64,000 nt of DNA from Octopus sinensis (taxonomy: Eukaryota), in assembly GCF_006345805.1 (NCBI RefSeq), contig NC_043003.1:56978001-57042000 (forward strand), given 5' to 3'. The stretch's first letter is position 1; every line of letters starts with the position of its first letter. The position numbers and the translations under genes were made by a program. This document shows positions 1-14,226 of the stretch, piece after piece. The notes under the pieces were generated by a model, which did not search any database, had not been told where the DNA came from, and was given only the letters and a program-made list of their open reading frames with translations.

Positions 1-760
1 TTCCTTAATGTAAGTAGATGTAGTCGCTATTTATCAAACTCTATCCTACAGTTCATATCTTTGATAAAGCAGCAGTCCTGGATCACACGTAGAAAGTGAC
101 ATGGTGTTGCCAGACGCATGTGACCCTCTACAATATAGCTAATATGGTCGGTAGAATTTCCATCGTGGAGTTTATAGGGGATTAGTAGTGAGGGTCAATA
201 CGCCTTCGAGAGTGTTGTGGGCGTCAAAGAAAGTCAACTGGCTTTTCTGTTCCAGAGAACTTCTGTTCTGAGCCTATGGATGTTTTCCAGCAATACCAGC
301 CTAGTAGTACTACCGAATTGCCTGTTCGGTACAAACTATACAAGCAAGATTGTGACGTTAGTCGGACCTGCTCGAGATGCACGCAAAGAGATGAAACTCT
401 TTTGCATGTTCTTACACTGGTAGAGCATGCTGACTTCTTGAATTATATGAAACTGCTTCTGTCACCTGTAGGACAATTCTTGCTATCAATCCGCTGCATC
501 GTGACGACGCCCTGCCAATTTCCTTTAACTAGGAACGACGGCAGTTTTCATCTGTCTAGATACTATGGTGAAATAGGTTCTTTGGTGTGAAACTGAAAGA
601 AATGAAAACAGAAACTTTCCATTTCACCTAAGCCCTCATCGAATGCTTCAAGTCTCGCTTGAAAAGAAGGGCGAGAGTAGAGAGGGATGTGATTCACATC
701 TACAAATTTATTGAAATGCAAGTGAATTAGATGAGTAGGGCTCGACTTAGATGGCTCCTT
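1..760 (+). mobile_element. L1/Tx1-clade LINE ORF2 C-terminal fragment (zf-RVT-like), degenerate
   Basis: ORF 276-590 contains LPVRYKLY...SRTCSRCTQRDETLLHVL, the CxxC...ETxxH motif of L1/Tx1 ORF2 C-termini. Confidence 0.6.
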
Positions 761-1039
761 CTAAACTTGCATCTTAGAATGGCTAAAACAGAGGGCACAG
801 GAGAGACCCATCTCTAGTACCCTTCGCAGCTGAGATGATCTGGAATCGGTAGGATTCCTTGGTTACCCTGGAGCCCGTACTCAACTACTCAGGGATTTTG
901 AATTTTGTATGTTCTCAACTGTTATATGGGAATATAAATATGTTTGCAAATTATTTTTGTTATATGTTATTCTGTGTTCTGAATGCTTTTATTTTGATAA
1001 ATGTTGCTTATGGACGATTCTTTTATGACTTCATTGCCT

Positions 1040-1236
1040 TCAGGTTCAGCTTAAGATATTTTCGAGCCCGACATCACAAAACGCGTCTGAATAAACATTG
1101 CGGTCAGCAAATAGAGACTTAGACATTGCTTAGAAGATATTTTTCATTTTTAACCTTGTATATAGTACGCACGAGGGATTTTGACCTTTAAATTTTTTGG
1201 GGAAAAAATGCGGATTATACTTGAGGATTTACGGTA
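1040..1236. mobile_element. Single end of a pogo/Tc2-like DNA transposon
   Basis: Ends in AAAAAATGCGGATTATACTTGAGGATTTACGGTA, resembling pogo-type TIRs (TACCGTA...). The partner TIR was not found. Confidence 0.35.
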
Positions 1237-1835
1237 TGCTTTTCATCCATTCATCCATTATTTTCAAAATAAAGCACCATTCAAGTGCTGGGATCGATTT
1301 AATCTACTTATCCACTTCCCTCAAAAATGCCTTGTAACTAAAATAGAAATAATTCTTTTATTGAGAGTAGTCGTAAAGAACCACCTATAGAAGTATTTTG
1401 ATGAACTGATAAATAATATACACAGGAATTAAGGAGAAAATAAAAAATACTGTTAAAGAGAAGTTATAAATATTTGAAAAAGAAAGGAAAGGAAATTCAA
1501 CACCAGAAAGAAGATAATATAAATACAGCAGCCATTAGCTACAGCTTCAATATAAGAAATTAGAAGTTAAATGAACTGAAGAACCTAGATAGGAAACCGA
1601 GAATTCTACTTAGTGCTTTCCGATCCGACCGTACTAAAGATGATATAGATAGGATATACTTAGTATATGCACCGGGAGGGGTAGCATATATAAATAGAAA
1701 AATAATGAAGCAACAATAGTAGATGTAATAAAATAAAATAATGTAGAAATAAACGATGTGAGACTGATTAGTATAAGACAATTGAAAGACAAACGACAAA
1801 ACTATACTATGTATCTTTCTCCCTCTCTTCATACA

Positions 1836-1878
1836 TGTATATATATATATGTATATATATATGTATATATATATATAA

Positions 1879-1976
<98 letters not shown>

Positions 1977-2211
1977 GTGTGAGAGTATAATAAAAGTAAA
2001 AACGAGAAGCTAAGTAGATTGAGGGGAAATGGTTTTGATGAAGATGCGATAACATAAATATTTATTAAAACCGCTATAAAAGTAATAGATATAATCAAAT
2101 AGGAAGTAACACGAAACATAGAAGTGTGTATTTATAGCTTCTGTGTGTGTGTGTGTTTTTTAATGCTAAGACAAACACAGTTATTGGTCATTATATATTA
2201 TATACAAATGT

Positions 2212-2253
<42 letters not shown>

Positions 2254-2313
2254 GATAGATAGATAGATGGATGGATGGATGGATAGATGGATGGATAGAT
2301 AGAGACACAGATG

Positions 2314-2372
<59 letters not shown>

Positions 2373-2480
2373 GGATGGATGGATAGATGGATGGATAGAT
2401 AGATACACAGATGGATAGATAGATAGATAGATAGATAGATGTATACCTCCATGGATAAATCGATATATATATATATATAT
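1836..2480. repeat. (TA)n and (GATA)n/(GGAT)n microsatellites
   Basis: Direct reading; these explain the IY and LSIY ORFs. Confidence 0.95.
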
Positions 2481-3377
2481 ATGTATACAAAAGGCATGTG
2501 TATGCGTGTGGATAGATTTAGCCCACAACATATCCACACACATGTACAACTCTGTATGCTTAAGTGTATCTATATACATATGTGTGTATATATAAAGACA
2601 CACATATAGTTATGTATGTATATTTACAAGTATTATCCATTTTGTTTTAACTATTGTCGACATATTCCTTTATCGTTGGCAAAATATTTTGCCTAATGCT
2701 TTTTCACTGTGTCTTTTTTCAGATGCGTTTTTGCAAGTCAAAACACACGGAATCTCAGTCAGAATACTCTATTAAATTAGGACCAACCAATACATACATA
2801 TGGATGTGTGTTTGCGTGTGTTCGTGTGTGTCCAACGAACTTGCTGAAGTTCCAGAGTAGTTAGATCGTTAAGTAGAATAGACGTGATAAGTACTTTTCC
2901 TCCCCTCTCTCCATATCCTGCTGAGGTCAACGTTGGCTTCCCTCCGGGGTCGATAAAAAATTCGCTATCCAAGGCGGAGGATTAGTTAAACTAATAGACT
3001 ATCGGGCAAAATCTATTGCGCTATATATTCCAGCTCTTTGCTTTCTAACAGCAATGCTTGCATCGCCAAGGCGGGTTCTATGGCGATCTCTCCTTTGGTT
3101 ATTCATAGCTAGGTTGGAGAGGAAGGCTTGTATATATGGAAGTATATATGGAAATATAATGAACATTATCTCTTTATTTACTAGTTGCTGTACAGAGATT
3201 AAATAAAGAGGCAACTTTTATTAATAAATATCATCCACAACTCAACATGACCACACAACTTCATACAGGACACTACAAACCTTACTAATAATTCTACTAA
3301 TTTCCATACATCCCATACACCATTCATATTCCAGTATTTATAGCTACCTTAATTGCATCACTTCCAGAACTGCTTAC

Positions 3378-3491
3378 CTCCTTTGCATTTAATCCTTTCA
3401 CTCGAGTATTATTAGACTCGACACCGTTTGGAAATCGGTGTTCATTCAAAGTCAGTGAACAGCTTTCGACGATACCGGTATGACGTTGGAT
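3378..3491 (-). CDS. Candidate internal exon of an unidentified gene
   Basis: Open 38-codon frame IQRHTGIVESCSLTLNEHRFPNGVESNNTRVKGLNAKE ends at a strong GAG|GTAAGC donor and is phase-compatible with the candidate at 5871-5989. The acceptor is weak. Confidence 0.25.
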
Positions 3492-4497
3492 CTCTTTAAT
3501 AATTTATAATAATGACTTTTATACCTCTTATTTCCACTCGATTTCATCTAATTGTGTATATATAAATCTTTACGTTTCATATAAAAGCCTTTATTTTATA
3601 TATCCCATGTGCATTTTCTTTTTCCTTTTTACATTTCCCCTATTTACACCACGTGTAGTCATTTTTCTTTGAAACCTATTTCTATTGTGTATATATATAT
3701 ATATATATAGGGAAATATTCATGAATCTTTCTGACTAATAATAATCTACCTAATTTGCATAATTCAAATGATTGAGATACATATACACTGTATGGTTAGC
3801 AAAATCTAAATTTTTCATAAATATTTCGAATACCCAAAATGGTAATTTCTTTTAACTTATATATGAATATATCTACGAAGACCTAACGTTATTGTTTTCC
3901 TAATTTGTATATAGATGAATAATTACTAATCTAATATAAAAAGTGCTTTTCATGTGACTCTAGTGGACAGTAAATCAATACTATATTTAGAAAATTTTAC
4001 AACAATAATCTATTTTACAACGGTTTTTAGATTGTGGTCCACAAATTTCGTGTGGAAATGTACGTTATGCAGCAAACAAATTTATATCTAAATACATTAT
4101 ACAGCACAGTAAAACTTAAGTATTTTAAATTAAGAAATTTCTGAAGCACTGGATTATAAGATATTTTTTAGTAGATAATGGTTTTGCAATCATATATGCG
4201 GTGTGCTACTGGCGGGCAGCAATTGTAGATGGAGCAATGCTTTATAGATTAAGTTAAGGTAAGATTGGAAATAAAAATACAGAGGTAATTGCACTGAATA
4301 TTTAAAATTTCAATTTTGTTTTTGGTTTTACATATTATAAAGATCTTAAAATTTTCAGTTGTAGGAAATCTTCCAATTTTCATTTGTTATAAGACGCATT
4401 TCATCTTTGTTTCGAATCGTCGGCTGGGCATAAGCCAAAGCAAATACGTTACGCTAAATAACCCTCTATAAAGCTGAAAGTTCATAAGGTCTTTATA

Positions 4498-4549
<52 letters not shown>

Positions 4550-4555
<6 letters not shown>

Positions 4556-4932
4556 CACATCGTGACTACCCGTCTGATTAGCGTACACCAGACACATGCA
4601 TCACAACCATATGTGCGCGACCTTGCAGGTGGGGCCCAGTTAGAATTTTCTTCTGGTCGAGTAGCCCATCCCCATGTTTCCAAAGGTGAATTGTCCAAGC
4701 TTCTAATAATTCCTTTCAACACATGGCTATGATGCTCCCCCACTACTTCTGCTTGTGATCAGAGATGCACATATCGTCAGCCACTAAGGGACATGCTCAA
4801 CTGGTTAAGGTCAAACAAGAATATTTGCTGTAGCCCATCTTTTATACGAAGACAAAACAATGTACATGATAACACTTCCAATCAGTTCAGATCAGGAGCA
4901 ATGTGAGCCACTGTTTGGTACTGCATGAAGGC

Positions 4933-4935
<3 letters not shown>
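4550..4935 (+). mobile_element. Interspersed repeat (probable LINE/SINE 3' segment) flanked on both sides by (ATT)n
   Basis: GC-richer block bracketed by (ATT)n runs at 4500-4553 and 4934-5020, resembling a recurrent octopus repeat recalled from memory. Confidence 0.45.
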
Positions 4936-5007
<72 letters not shown>

Positions 5008-5870
5008 TATTATTATTATTATGCTTTTATTATTATTTATATTTTTATAACCATCACAAATCGTTAACTCTTCAGCGAGAGAAGAATGAATAACCTCTTA
5101 CAGGTTAATATTTTCAGGGCATGTCTGCCTTGCAAAACCATCTTTGTGTAATTACAGTTATTGTCTTTATTACAAACAAATATCACAAACCGTTTCTTGC
5201 TATTTTCTTTCTGAGTGCAGGTAAGGTTTTCAGGTCGCTGTTCTATATTGCTTTATTCATAGTTATGAGCTAGAAAGGATATTCTCCATGCTGATTCCGC
5301 TATCGACGCCAGTTTTGGGGGATAATTTTAGAAAGTATAAGAAAGAGCAGTGCCTCTGGTGGTCAACTATCGTATGGAGACAATTCTTTCTAGATTAAGA
5401 ATAGATTGCAAATTTTAATTTTAAACCCAAAAATTATTATACAAAAGAAATTAGTGACCCTTTTGGTCTTATGGAACTAGCTGTCTACCATCAACCTTTT
5501 CGTAAGGACCCTAGATAGTCAATCTAGAGCAGAATATTTGCCACTGTTTTTATCGACAGTAATTTCCATGAGCGGAACAAATATTAATTACATAAGATTT
5601 CCAAGCAGTCCATATCACTCACTATAAAATCACAAGTTTCGTTACATATAATTTATGTCATCGTATATAACATCTTTTCATCTCAAGATGAAACAATAGA
5701 AGTTCCTCTGAAGTGATATTTTAGCTTCTTAACTAGATTAAACTAGTGTTTAAACCGTTACATTATCTAACTTTATTTACACGAAGTTCATTGTTTCAAA
5801 TAACTTTATGTAATTTCAGCAGTGGATAATGCAATGTTATTAGCCTTAGTTTAGATATAAAGGTTCCTAC

Positions 5871-5989
5871 TTCCAATCTAGTTTGATATTCTGTAGACAT
5901 CTTGGAATGAGTTTTCTGATAATGATCGTCAGTCATTTCGATCGAAACGTCTGAAAAGTCATTCACTTCTGAAATTTTAGCTTCAAAGT
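5871..5989 (-). CDS. Candidate internal exon of an unidentified gene
   Basis: Acceptor TTTTTGCAG, then 119 nt open as (D)FEAKISEVNDFSDVSIEMTDDHYQKTHSKMSTEYQTRLE, then GTAGGA. The composition is protein-like but no homolog was recognised. Confidence 0.35.
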
Positions 5990-6056
5990 CTGCAAAAATG
6001 CTAACCTTATTAACAATGACGCATAAAAGACATTTAGGCACAAATACACCCACATA

Positions 6057-6118
<62 letters not shown>

Positions 6119-6148
6119 TTTCAAATTTGTAATAGAAGCAGCACTAGC

Positions 6149-6370
6149 GTAATAAACATTATCAACAACACATACTTAATACACGGTATGAGTGTTTACC
6201 AGTAGGTTGCGATTCAATATGGTAGATATTATTCCTGGAAAGCACCGGGTATTAGAACAGCTGAAAGGAGTAATCTCTTGAGGGAGTAGTCCCCAGCATG
6301 CCATGTCGCAGCCTAGCGGCAAACAAACGAGCCGTTGTATTAAGCATGTGTTGTCGATAATGTTTATTAC
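6149..6370. mobile_element. MITE-like element with ~39-bp terminal inverted repeats
   Basis: GTAATAAACATTATCAACAACACATACTTAATACACGG at the left matches the reverse complement of CCGTTGTATTAAGCATGTGTTGTCGATAATGTTTATTAC at the right. Confidence 0.6.
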
Positions 6371-7220
6371 ACTGGCCCTGCTTCTATTTCCTATATGAAT
6401 TTATTTTTACGAAAGGATAGTTGGGGCATACCAGCACTTAGCCTTCACACTATTTAGATATAAGTCTTGGAGTGACGTTACGATTCACGTCCGATTCTGT
6501 TCGGGTATGTGATGTTGGCAAGCCGCAAAACGGCGAACATCGATGTCCATCACTGAGTGGGAATTAGGGTGAGCTATCTCGCCCATGACTTAGAGGTGTT
6601 TTAACACACGTCGTCTGAGAAAAGTCTTGTATATTGTTATTTTCCGTTTATAGATTGCACTTTTAATATGCCTATTGGCCGGTCGGTTTCTCTTTCTGAA
6701 AGCACACATCTTATGCAGATTGTTTTTTTTTTTTTAGGTATTTACTCAAAAAGGTGAGTGCATTAATTAATTAATATCCGTATAAATGTGAACCTATAAC
6801 CACCGTATGAAAGTTGGAGGTTTGCAAAACATAAGTCCGTTGTAATCCTCTTCCTCTTTGATTCTCGAAGAGATATTCCCATTAACAAGGGTGCTGACCT
6901 CTATAAAGATATATACATTTTCCCCTCTGCAACGTACAACGTTTTATCTGGCCTGGGAGGTAGGTAGGTAAGTAGGTAGCTGCTTATTGACTGCTTTACC
7001 TGAAGAATAGATTGTTTATGTGTTTCAAATAATATTTTTAATAAATAAGAATACTGTGGGATTTTAAAAAAATATGTTACCTATCAAGCGTTATGCGGTT
7101 GATTAGACCATAACGCAGCAGTGACACTTTACATAAAAGAATAGAAGACTAAAGCAAATTACAAGCTATTAAAAAGTGCTATATTGTAATGTGAAACCAA
7201 GTTAGACACAAAAGTGTTAA

Positions 7221-7443
7221 ATATTCTTTTCTACTCTAGGCACAAGGCCCGAAATTTTAGGGGGAGGGGTCAGTCGATTAGATCAACACCAATACGCAAC
7301 TGGTATACAATTTATCGACCCTCGAAAGGATCAAAGCAAGGTTAACCTGGGCAGAATTTGAAATCTGTAAACATAAAGACAGACGAAATACCGTTATGAA
7401 TTTCGTCCTGCGTGCTAACGTTTCTGCCAGCTCACCGCCTTAA
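7221..7443 (-). mobile_element. tRNA-derived SINE, family 1 (~220 bp)
   Basis: Minus strand starts AAGGCGGTGAGCTGGCAGAAACGTTAGCAC and ends GGGCCTTGTGCCTAGAGTAGAAAAG. Further copies or fragments lie at 8520-8945, 13453-13610, 15565-15736, 20915-20990, 22817-23035, 23576-23890 and 40455-40600. Confidence 0.8.
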
Positions 7444-10400
7444 AAGGGCTAACTATTAAGGGACTAAATTATTCCTTGAGAAATTCAAACGAGTGTAATC
7501 TTTTGGAAATAAGTGTTTGTACCTCCAAAATTAAGGAAAACTTCATTTTTTTTTTTATTTTAGAGATTTTGGTTATGCCTATGTGAATTGTCTGAATAGT
7601 CACAATCAAATAATGTTACCATTTTGTAACTTGTTAGCTTTTTCACCACAAATAACAACTGACAATAGATGATTAATTCTTATGATGCTTGTATGTAGGC
7701 AATCGGGAATTTGAGCTGTGAAACTCATGTAAGTATCAATAAGTAGCAAACAATAAGAAGCAAAATACAATACTACAGAGTTACAAAAATATATTAGTAG
7801 TTAATAGCACAATTTTCTGGGAAACATTATCGGACAGATTAATTTCTTTTCATCATTATTAAATTAGACAACAGATGGATGTCGCATTCGCCGTTCACTT
7901 TCATATTTAAGTAAATATTAGTAATAAGACTCGCGTGAGAGAAACACATACACATGCATAAAGGTGCATACAAACAAACACACTCATAAAATGCATTAAA
8001 GTCTTTTTATATACGCTGAACTGGCTGAAACTGATCAAAGATGTGATAAATGGATACCATATGATGAGGTCATAAAGTGGCCGGAATATGTTAACTTAAT
8101 TACGAATTTATTCTCAATTACTGTAAATTACTATGCTTTTTAATGAATTTTATTGAACTTTCTCTGACAGACAAACGGAAAAGAAAGAAATATAACAATT
8201 ATTGTCAGAGATTCTGAATGAATATGATAGATAAATTCAGGTAATTAAGAACAAATTGGTAGTTAAAATACCATACTTATGCTGTCGGCACAGGTCACTT
8301 CACACGTTGTGTGACCTCGTCAGTGAAGCTTTTAATTACCAGTTTCAGAGAATTTAACTGGTAAATAAAGACCCTAATTCATTCTGAGCCGTACCTTGCT
8401 TAATGAAAATTAAACAAGAAATGAAGCATACGTATGTGTGTTTGCGAACGGGTGTATGTGTATTAAAAGGCAGAAGAAAGAGTTTTTGAAAATATACACA
8501 CACATAACGTTCTCTACTATAAGCACAAGACCTGAATTTTGTGGGTATGGGTCTAGTCGATTATATTAGCCTCAGTGATCAATGTGTATTTACTTCAAAA
8601 AGGGTGGAAGGCAAAGTCGACCATTGCTGTATTTGAACTCCGAACGTAAAGACGAACCAAATGTCGTTAAGCAAGTTGTCCACCGACCTAAATTTATTGC
8701 CATCTCACCGCCTTCACACATATACCTAGTAATCCTTTCTACTACAAACACAAGACCTGAAATTTGTGGATAGGAGCACTCGTCTATTACATCGACCCCA
8801 GCGTTTCATTCATACTTAATTTATCGACTCCGAAAGGATGAAGGGTAAAGTCGACTACGGTGAAATTTAAACACAGAACATAATGACGGAAGAAATGCCG
8901 CTAAGCATTTTGTCCGACATGCTAACGATTCTGTCAGCTCGACGCCTTACACATACATAATAATGTTTATGCGACTATCGTCGCATAAACTTCCTCTCGC
9001 GTCATCTCAATGTAAGTAAAAATTCTCACTTGTGATGCAAGTAAATTTTCTTTGCAGCCGCTCCTTCTGAAGATAACGAACGAAAGTGTGTCTGTATGCA
9101 CACACACACACATACACACACACACACAATACGCACACATAGACATACACATATGCACACACACAAATATATTCTACTATATATCTGTAGATGTATATGG
9201 ATATACATGTCTGTATATATATGTATGTAACAATATGTTTGTGTATATATGTATAGATGTGGATGAATATATATATATTATATACACACCTACGTACGTA
9301 CACACACACAAACATACACACACACACAAATATACATATATATGCAAATCTATATTAAAAAAATCTATATACACACACGTACGAACATATATTTGTATAT
9401 ATGAGTGAGTGGGTAGTATTAGTTTCCAGCTGGTCACTGGTTCTGATATAGGTACAGAGATAGGATTTCGACTAATCAATAGTGGTTCAAACACGTTCAA
9501 TATAATAAAGTAATTAGCACAGAATGAACTAGAATTAAGGTTTCTTCCATATATATTTCTTTTGAATTCAGTGAAAATGTTGTCATATAGAATGAATTTC
9601 GTTTACACCATTGGACTTGATTTCACCTCACAATAGATTCCGCCAATCGTTTCGGCCATATCTATTTTGAGGAGCAAATCCGATACCGCATAATTATAAA
9701 AACTGCTATTACTTATTTTTAAATATATTAACTCGTTTTCGATATTAATGTTTGGAAGTGAAGGTACTATTTCTTCTTTTTTTCTTTTTGCTTCCAACAG
9801 TCAAGCGAACACGCGTTTTTTTCTTTTTTGCAATCGTCGAGTTAGGATATCATAGCGATTCGTGACAGTCAAGAATTTTGTTTTAGACAGGGAAATAGTT
9901 CATCCTTTTCATGGGGACACGTTAAAGGAATGAGCCCTCAACCAACCCTCTAGCAATCAAAATTAAGTATGCACTCTACAAAATTGTGCATTGAGTCCTT
10001 TTCAGAAATTTTGTCTTCCAACACCGATACAGGATATATTCATATAAAGTATGGAACGTCAAACAACATTTCGTTCAATAATTTTTATCAGATGAACCGC
10101 ACACAGAATAAAAATTGAAAATATTTTTAAAATATACTTGAAAATGTATATATCACTTCCCTACTGCCGCCTCAGTACACAAAAAAATTTTGCATTGCCT
10201 CATAAGAGTTGGTACCATCCAGACGGAAAAGTGTTCATCTAATGTCGCTTTCCCTACCCATGAGTGTCTTCTAAAGATGTAGTGCAAGGATGTAGAAGAA
10301 GATTATCCGTTAGTTTCAATTCGCACGAAGAATTAATATAACAACTTTATGGTCTTGCTATACATGCATAGGTAGATAGATACGTAGATAGACAGATTAG

Positions 10401-11195
10401 TAGCTTGATAGACAGAGGGATAGGGAGAAATATCAAAATAAATTACATTATAGAACACAGTGAATATGTACTAATACATTTTTGATGACAAAACTATTTC
10501 TAACCATGATCTGAGACTATTTAGCTGTTAGCTATAGAGCGATGCTAGAGAATGTGCAGTCTAATAAGCAAAAATATATTTCTTCGATTTACATAGATCT
10601 CAATGATAAATGATCTCCATACTTTTATGTTCCAGCCATGATAGTAGGACATATTCTATATGATATGTGGAAATTCAAAACAACGTTTTAAGAACTAATG
10701 CAATCAGGAGCTTTGTACATAGAATAACAGTTGCATATATATTCGAAATTAAGGTAATTAAAAACTGTATCTCTGCCCTACCAAAGCCATTGATCCCCAA
10801 ATATACCATCCTCTGCGGGCCAGTACGCACTGTCTCTTCTCTTTTTTAGGTGTTCAAAATATATACTGAAGCCATAAAGAGATGGGCCACTTCGAAATTT
10901 AGTGTTCATATGATTGTCATATTAAATCAATTATTCACAGGGTTAGCGTATACGTAAACCTGAGTATTTAACAAACACATGTACGCTTGACAAAATTCTC
11001 AACCACAATCAGTAGTCTATAGTGTCACAGAATTGAATCTCTTCAGTACACGTATAAGCCGTGCAACAGACATCTGCGCCAAGTACTCCCGCAAAGCGTA
11101 AGGACAACACAATGCTATGGTAAAAATACACTTACTGCAGATGCCACGGTATAGAATCGAACCTAAGTGATGCGATCTACATACACGCACACACG

Positions 11196-11226
<31 letters not shown>

Positions 11227-11417
11227 GTGTGTGTGTTTGTGTGTGTGGTATATGTATGTATATATATGTATATATAAATATATATAAATATATGCGTTCA
11301 AACGCCCATATTTATAAATGCATACATGCACACACACATACATATATACATACATATATACGTACATACACACATACATACATACATACATACATACATA
11401 CATACACACACACACAC

Positions 11418-11459
<42 letters not shown>

Positions 11460-11918
11460 GACGTATACATACACAGGTGAATAGATACGTAGACAGACAG
11501 ATTAGAAGCTTGATAGACAAGAGGAGTGGGGGAAATATCAAAAGAAATTACATTACAGACCACAGAGCATATGTACTAATAAATTTTAGATGATAAACTA
11601 TTTCTAACCATGATCTAAAACAATTTAGCTATTAGCTATAGAGCGACGCTAGAGACTGTAGTGTCTAATAGGCAAAAAGATATTTCTTCGATTTACTTAG
11701 ATCTCACCAGCTATAGTTTTATTTGGAGTGATATATGTTCTCCGCCCTTTTATGTTTCAACCATAATACAGAATAAATCTCGTATACAGATGGATGGCGG
11801 CGTAGATGTGTGAATTGGTTTTCTAGGAATATTGCATAACATAATAGAGAGAAAATCAATTAATTAAGTCCAGTAATTTATCTGCCTTGGATTTAGCTAT
11901 TTCAGTCTATCATCAATG

Positions 11919-11975
<57 letters not shown>

Positions 11976-12243
11976 ATGTGTGTGTGTGTGTGAATATGTA
12001 TGTCTATATGTATGTGAGTGCGTGTGCGTCCGCGCAAGCCTGTGTATGTATACACCAGCAAAAAAGACTCCAAAGATGCTCGGCTTCATTTGTCTCGGCA
12101 ATACTTATACAGTATAATCGATAAAGAAAAAAGGAAGCAATGAACTTGCCGTGAAGAGGTCACATTTTACGTTTCGGAAACAGTCATTCTCCGGGGGAAT
12201 AGTTGAAGTGACAGACAGATACACACAAACACACACAAACACA

Positions 12244-12277
<34 letters not shown>

Positions 12278-12329
12278 CAGTTGTGCTCTTGGAAGCTGTA
12301 GGGTTACCCGAGCACAAAAGTTGGGCATT

Positions 12330-12960
12330 ATTTCTAATTCAATGGTACAACAATGTAACAGTTTGCTTTGACATACACTTACATTGTGATTTCTGCAATG
12401 TGGTGCATAAATTGTCGAGTAAATGAGAAGTATCTTTGCCTCCACTGATTCAGTTGCAAATTGTTAAGTAAAGTTATTTGAATGCAGACCTCATTTCAGT
12501 CTTTTTATTATCACTGGGTCACACATAGTCCCCAGATGGTAACATTGATTTCAAGGCCTTCCCAGATGACTGGTTATTCAAAAACATTTATAGATTGTAA
12601 ATTTATTCTGTCCAGTTACGTAGCAGTATAATGGTCATTTGCAAACTCCAAAGGTGACTCTTTCATTTCTCCTTAGCTCTCACGTCCCACAGTTGCTAAT
12701 GTTTATTTCAGTTGGGTCACGCCCTTCCAATTGCTATAGGTTCGTAATGCATTTAAAGGCTGTGCCTGTCACCTGGATGCTTAGGAATCCTACATTAGGA
12801 ATGGTAACGACTAGGGTAGGGTAACTGACTGCTTATTAACCCAAGTTAAAAAGATTCTCAATAATTCAACTTCTCTGGTTGACATTAAGATGTCCACCCC
12901 CAACAGGAGCCTTAACTCTCACATTTTAGAGCTCAATGACCTTCATTTTTCAGGAGCAAA
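12330..12960 (-). mobile_element. Penelope-like reverse transcriptase fragment, highly degenerate
   Basis: Minus frame KDTSHLLDNL followed by a VTLLYHxI-like segment resembles the Penelope RT motifs KDTxxFLxxL and DVxSLYTNI. Confidence 0.4.
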
Positions 12961-13187
12961 ATCGTTTTAACAGGTTCAATAAGACTGGAATTTTGGAATA
13001 TGAGCATAAAAAACAGTAGTATGGGATACGTGTGGCACGGTTACAATTTTTTTAGGGTGTGTAAAGAGGGAAATAACCCTCATCTACAATTTTGATGAAA
13101 TTCGAAACATAGATATTCCAGTTCATTACAGAAAATATAACAGAAAAGTCTAATTCTTGAATTGAATGTAACCGGGCATCTCTGCTA

Positions 13188-13232
<45 letters not shown>

Positions 13233-14226
13233 AGAGATATGTTTTTGTTTCCCTTTTAACACGTAATACTGAAATAGTGGAGAAGATGTGATATTGCTGT
13301 GAGCAAGAAGTTAAACATTTTTTTGCCCTTGACACTACATTGACACTAAGTACGACATATGTAAAATTTGAATGAAATTGGTTGTGTAGTTCTCAAGTTT
13401 TAGGCGTTCACACAGACAGACACACACACATTCTCAGTTTTATATATATAGACATGGCAGCGAACTGGAAGAATGGTTAGCAAACAGGACGATTTCAAAT
13501 TCCGCTGAAGTCGCGTTTGCCTTTCATCCTTTCGGGTTCGATAAGTTAAGTACCAGTTGAGTACTTCCTTACCCCGAAATTTCAGGCGTTGTGCTTATAG
13601 GATCATTATTATTATTATTATTATTATTAATATTATCATCGTCGTCGTCGTTGTTGTTGTACTTGTTGCCGATGCTGTTCTTCTTGCAGAATAATATATA
13701 AATACTTCAGATCATGGTATCGTGTAATAATTCGCTTCCATGTAAAACTGATTATATCACTAAAGCAAACTTTTCCCGTTCTCCCTCTCTCACATTTCTT
13801 CGTCCTCACTTTCTTAAACTCCCACTATTTCCCACTCGTTTATCTCCCTTGTACCTTTCTCTTTGTCTCTGATTTTTTTCTAATCCTTCAATCCCACCGT
13901 CCCCTACCCATCTCTCCTCCTTCCAGGTGACTGATGTCCGGCCAACCGTGATCTTTCTTTCTTGGCCTGACAACCGACCATGTTCCTGCTTTTAGGGTTT
14001 CACTTCGTACACGGTAGCTCAAATTTATTTGTACTCAGACGAAAGACGCCTGTTGTTATTCATTGTTGTTTGTATTCATAATTGTGTACCATGTTCTCCA
14101 TTCTTTTTTTGTTTTTGTCTTTCTTGCCGTACACATTCGCAAGCTTTCTTACAAAGGGGTCTAATAACAAAACGCGAAATTCTCTTATCACATCCTTACC
14201 AATATGCTTAAAACTTGAAAAGTTTA

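Noticed and set aside
5118-5220. Plus-strand exon (TTTTCAG ... CAG|GTAAGG)
   Set aside because: Splice signals are plausible, but the peptide is unrecognisable and no partner exon was found; possibly non-coding.
9603-9797. 64-aa minus-strand ORF
   Set aside because: No recognisable domain or convincing splice sites.
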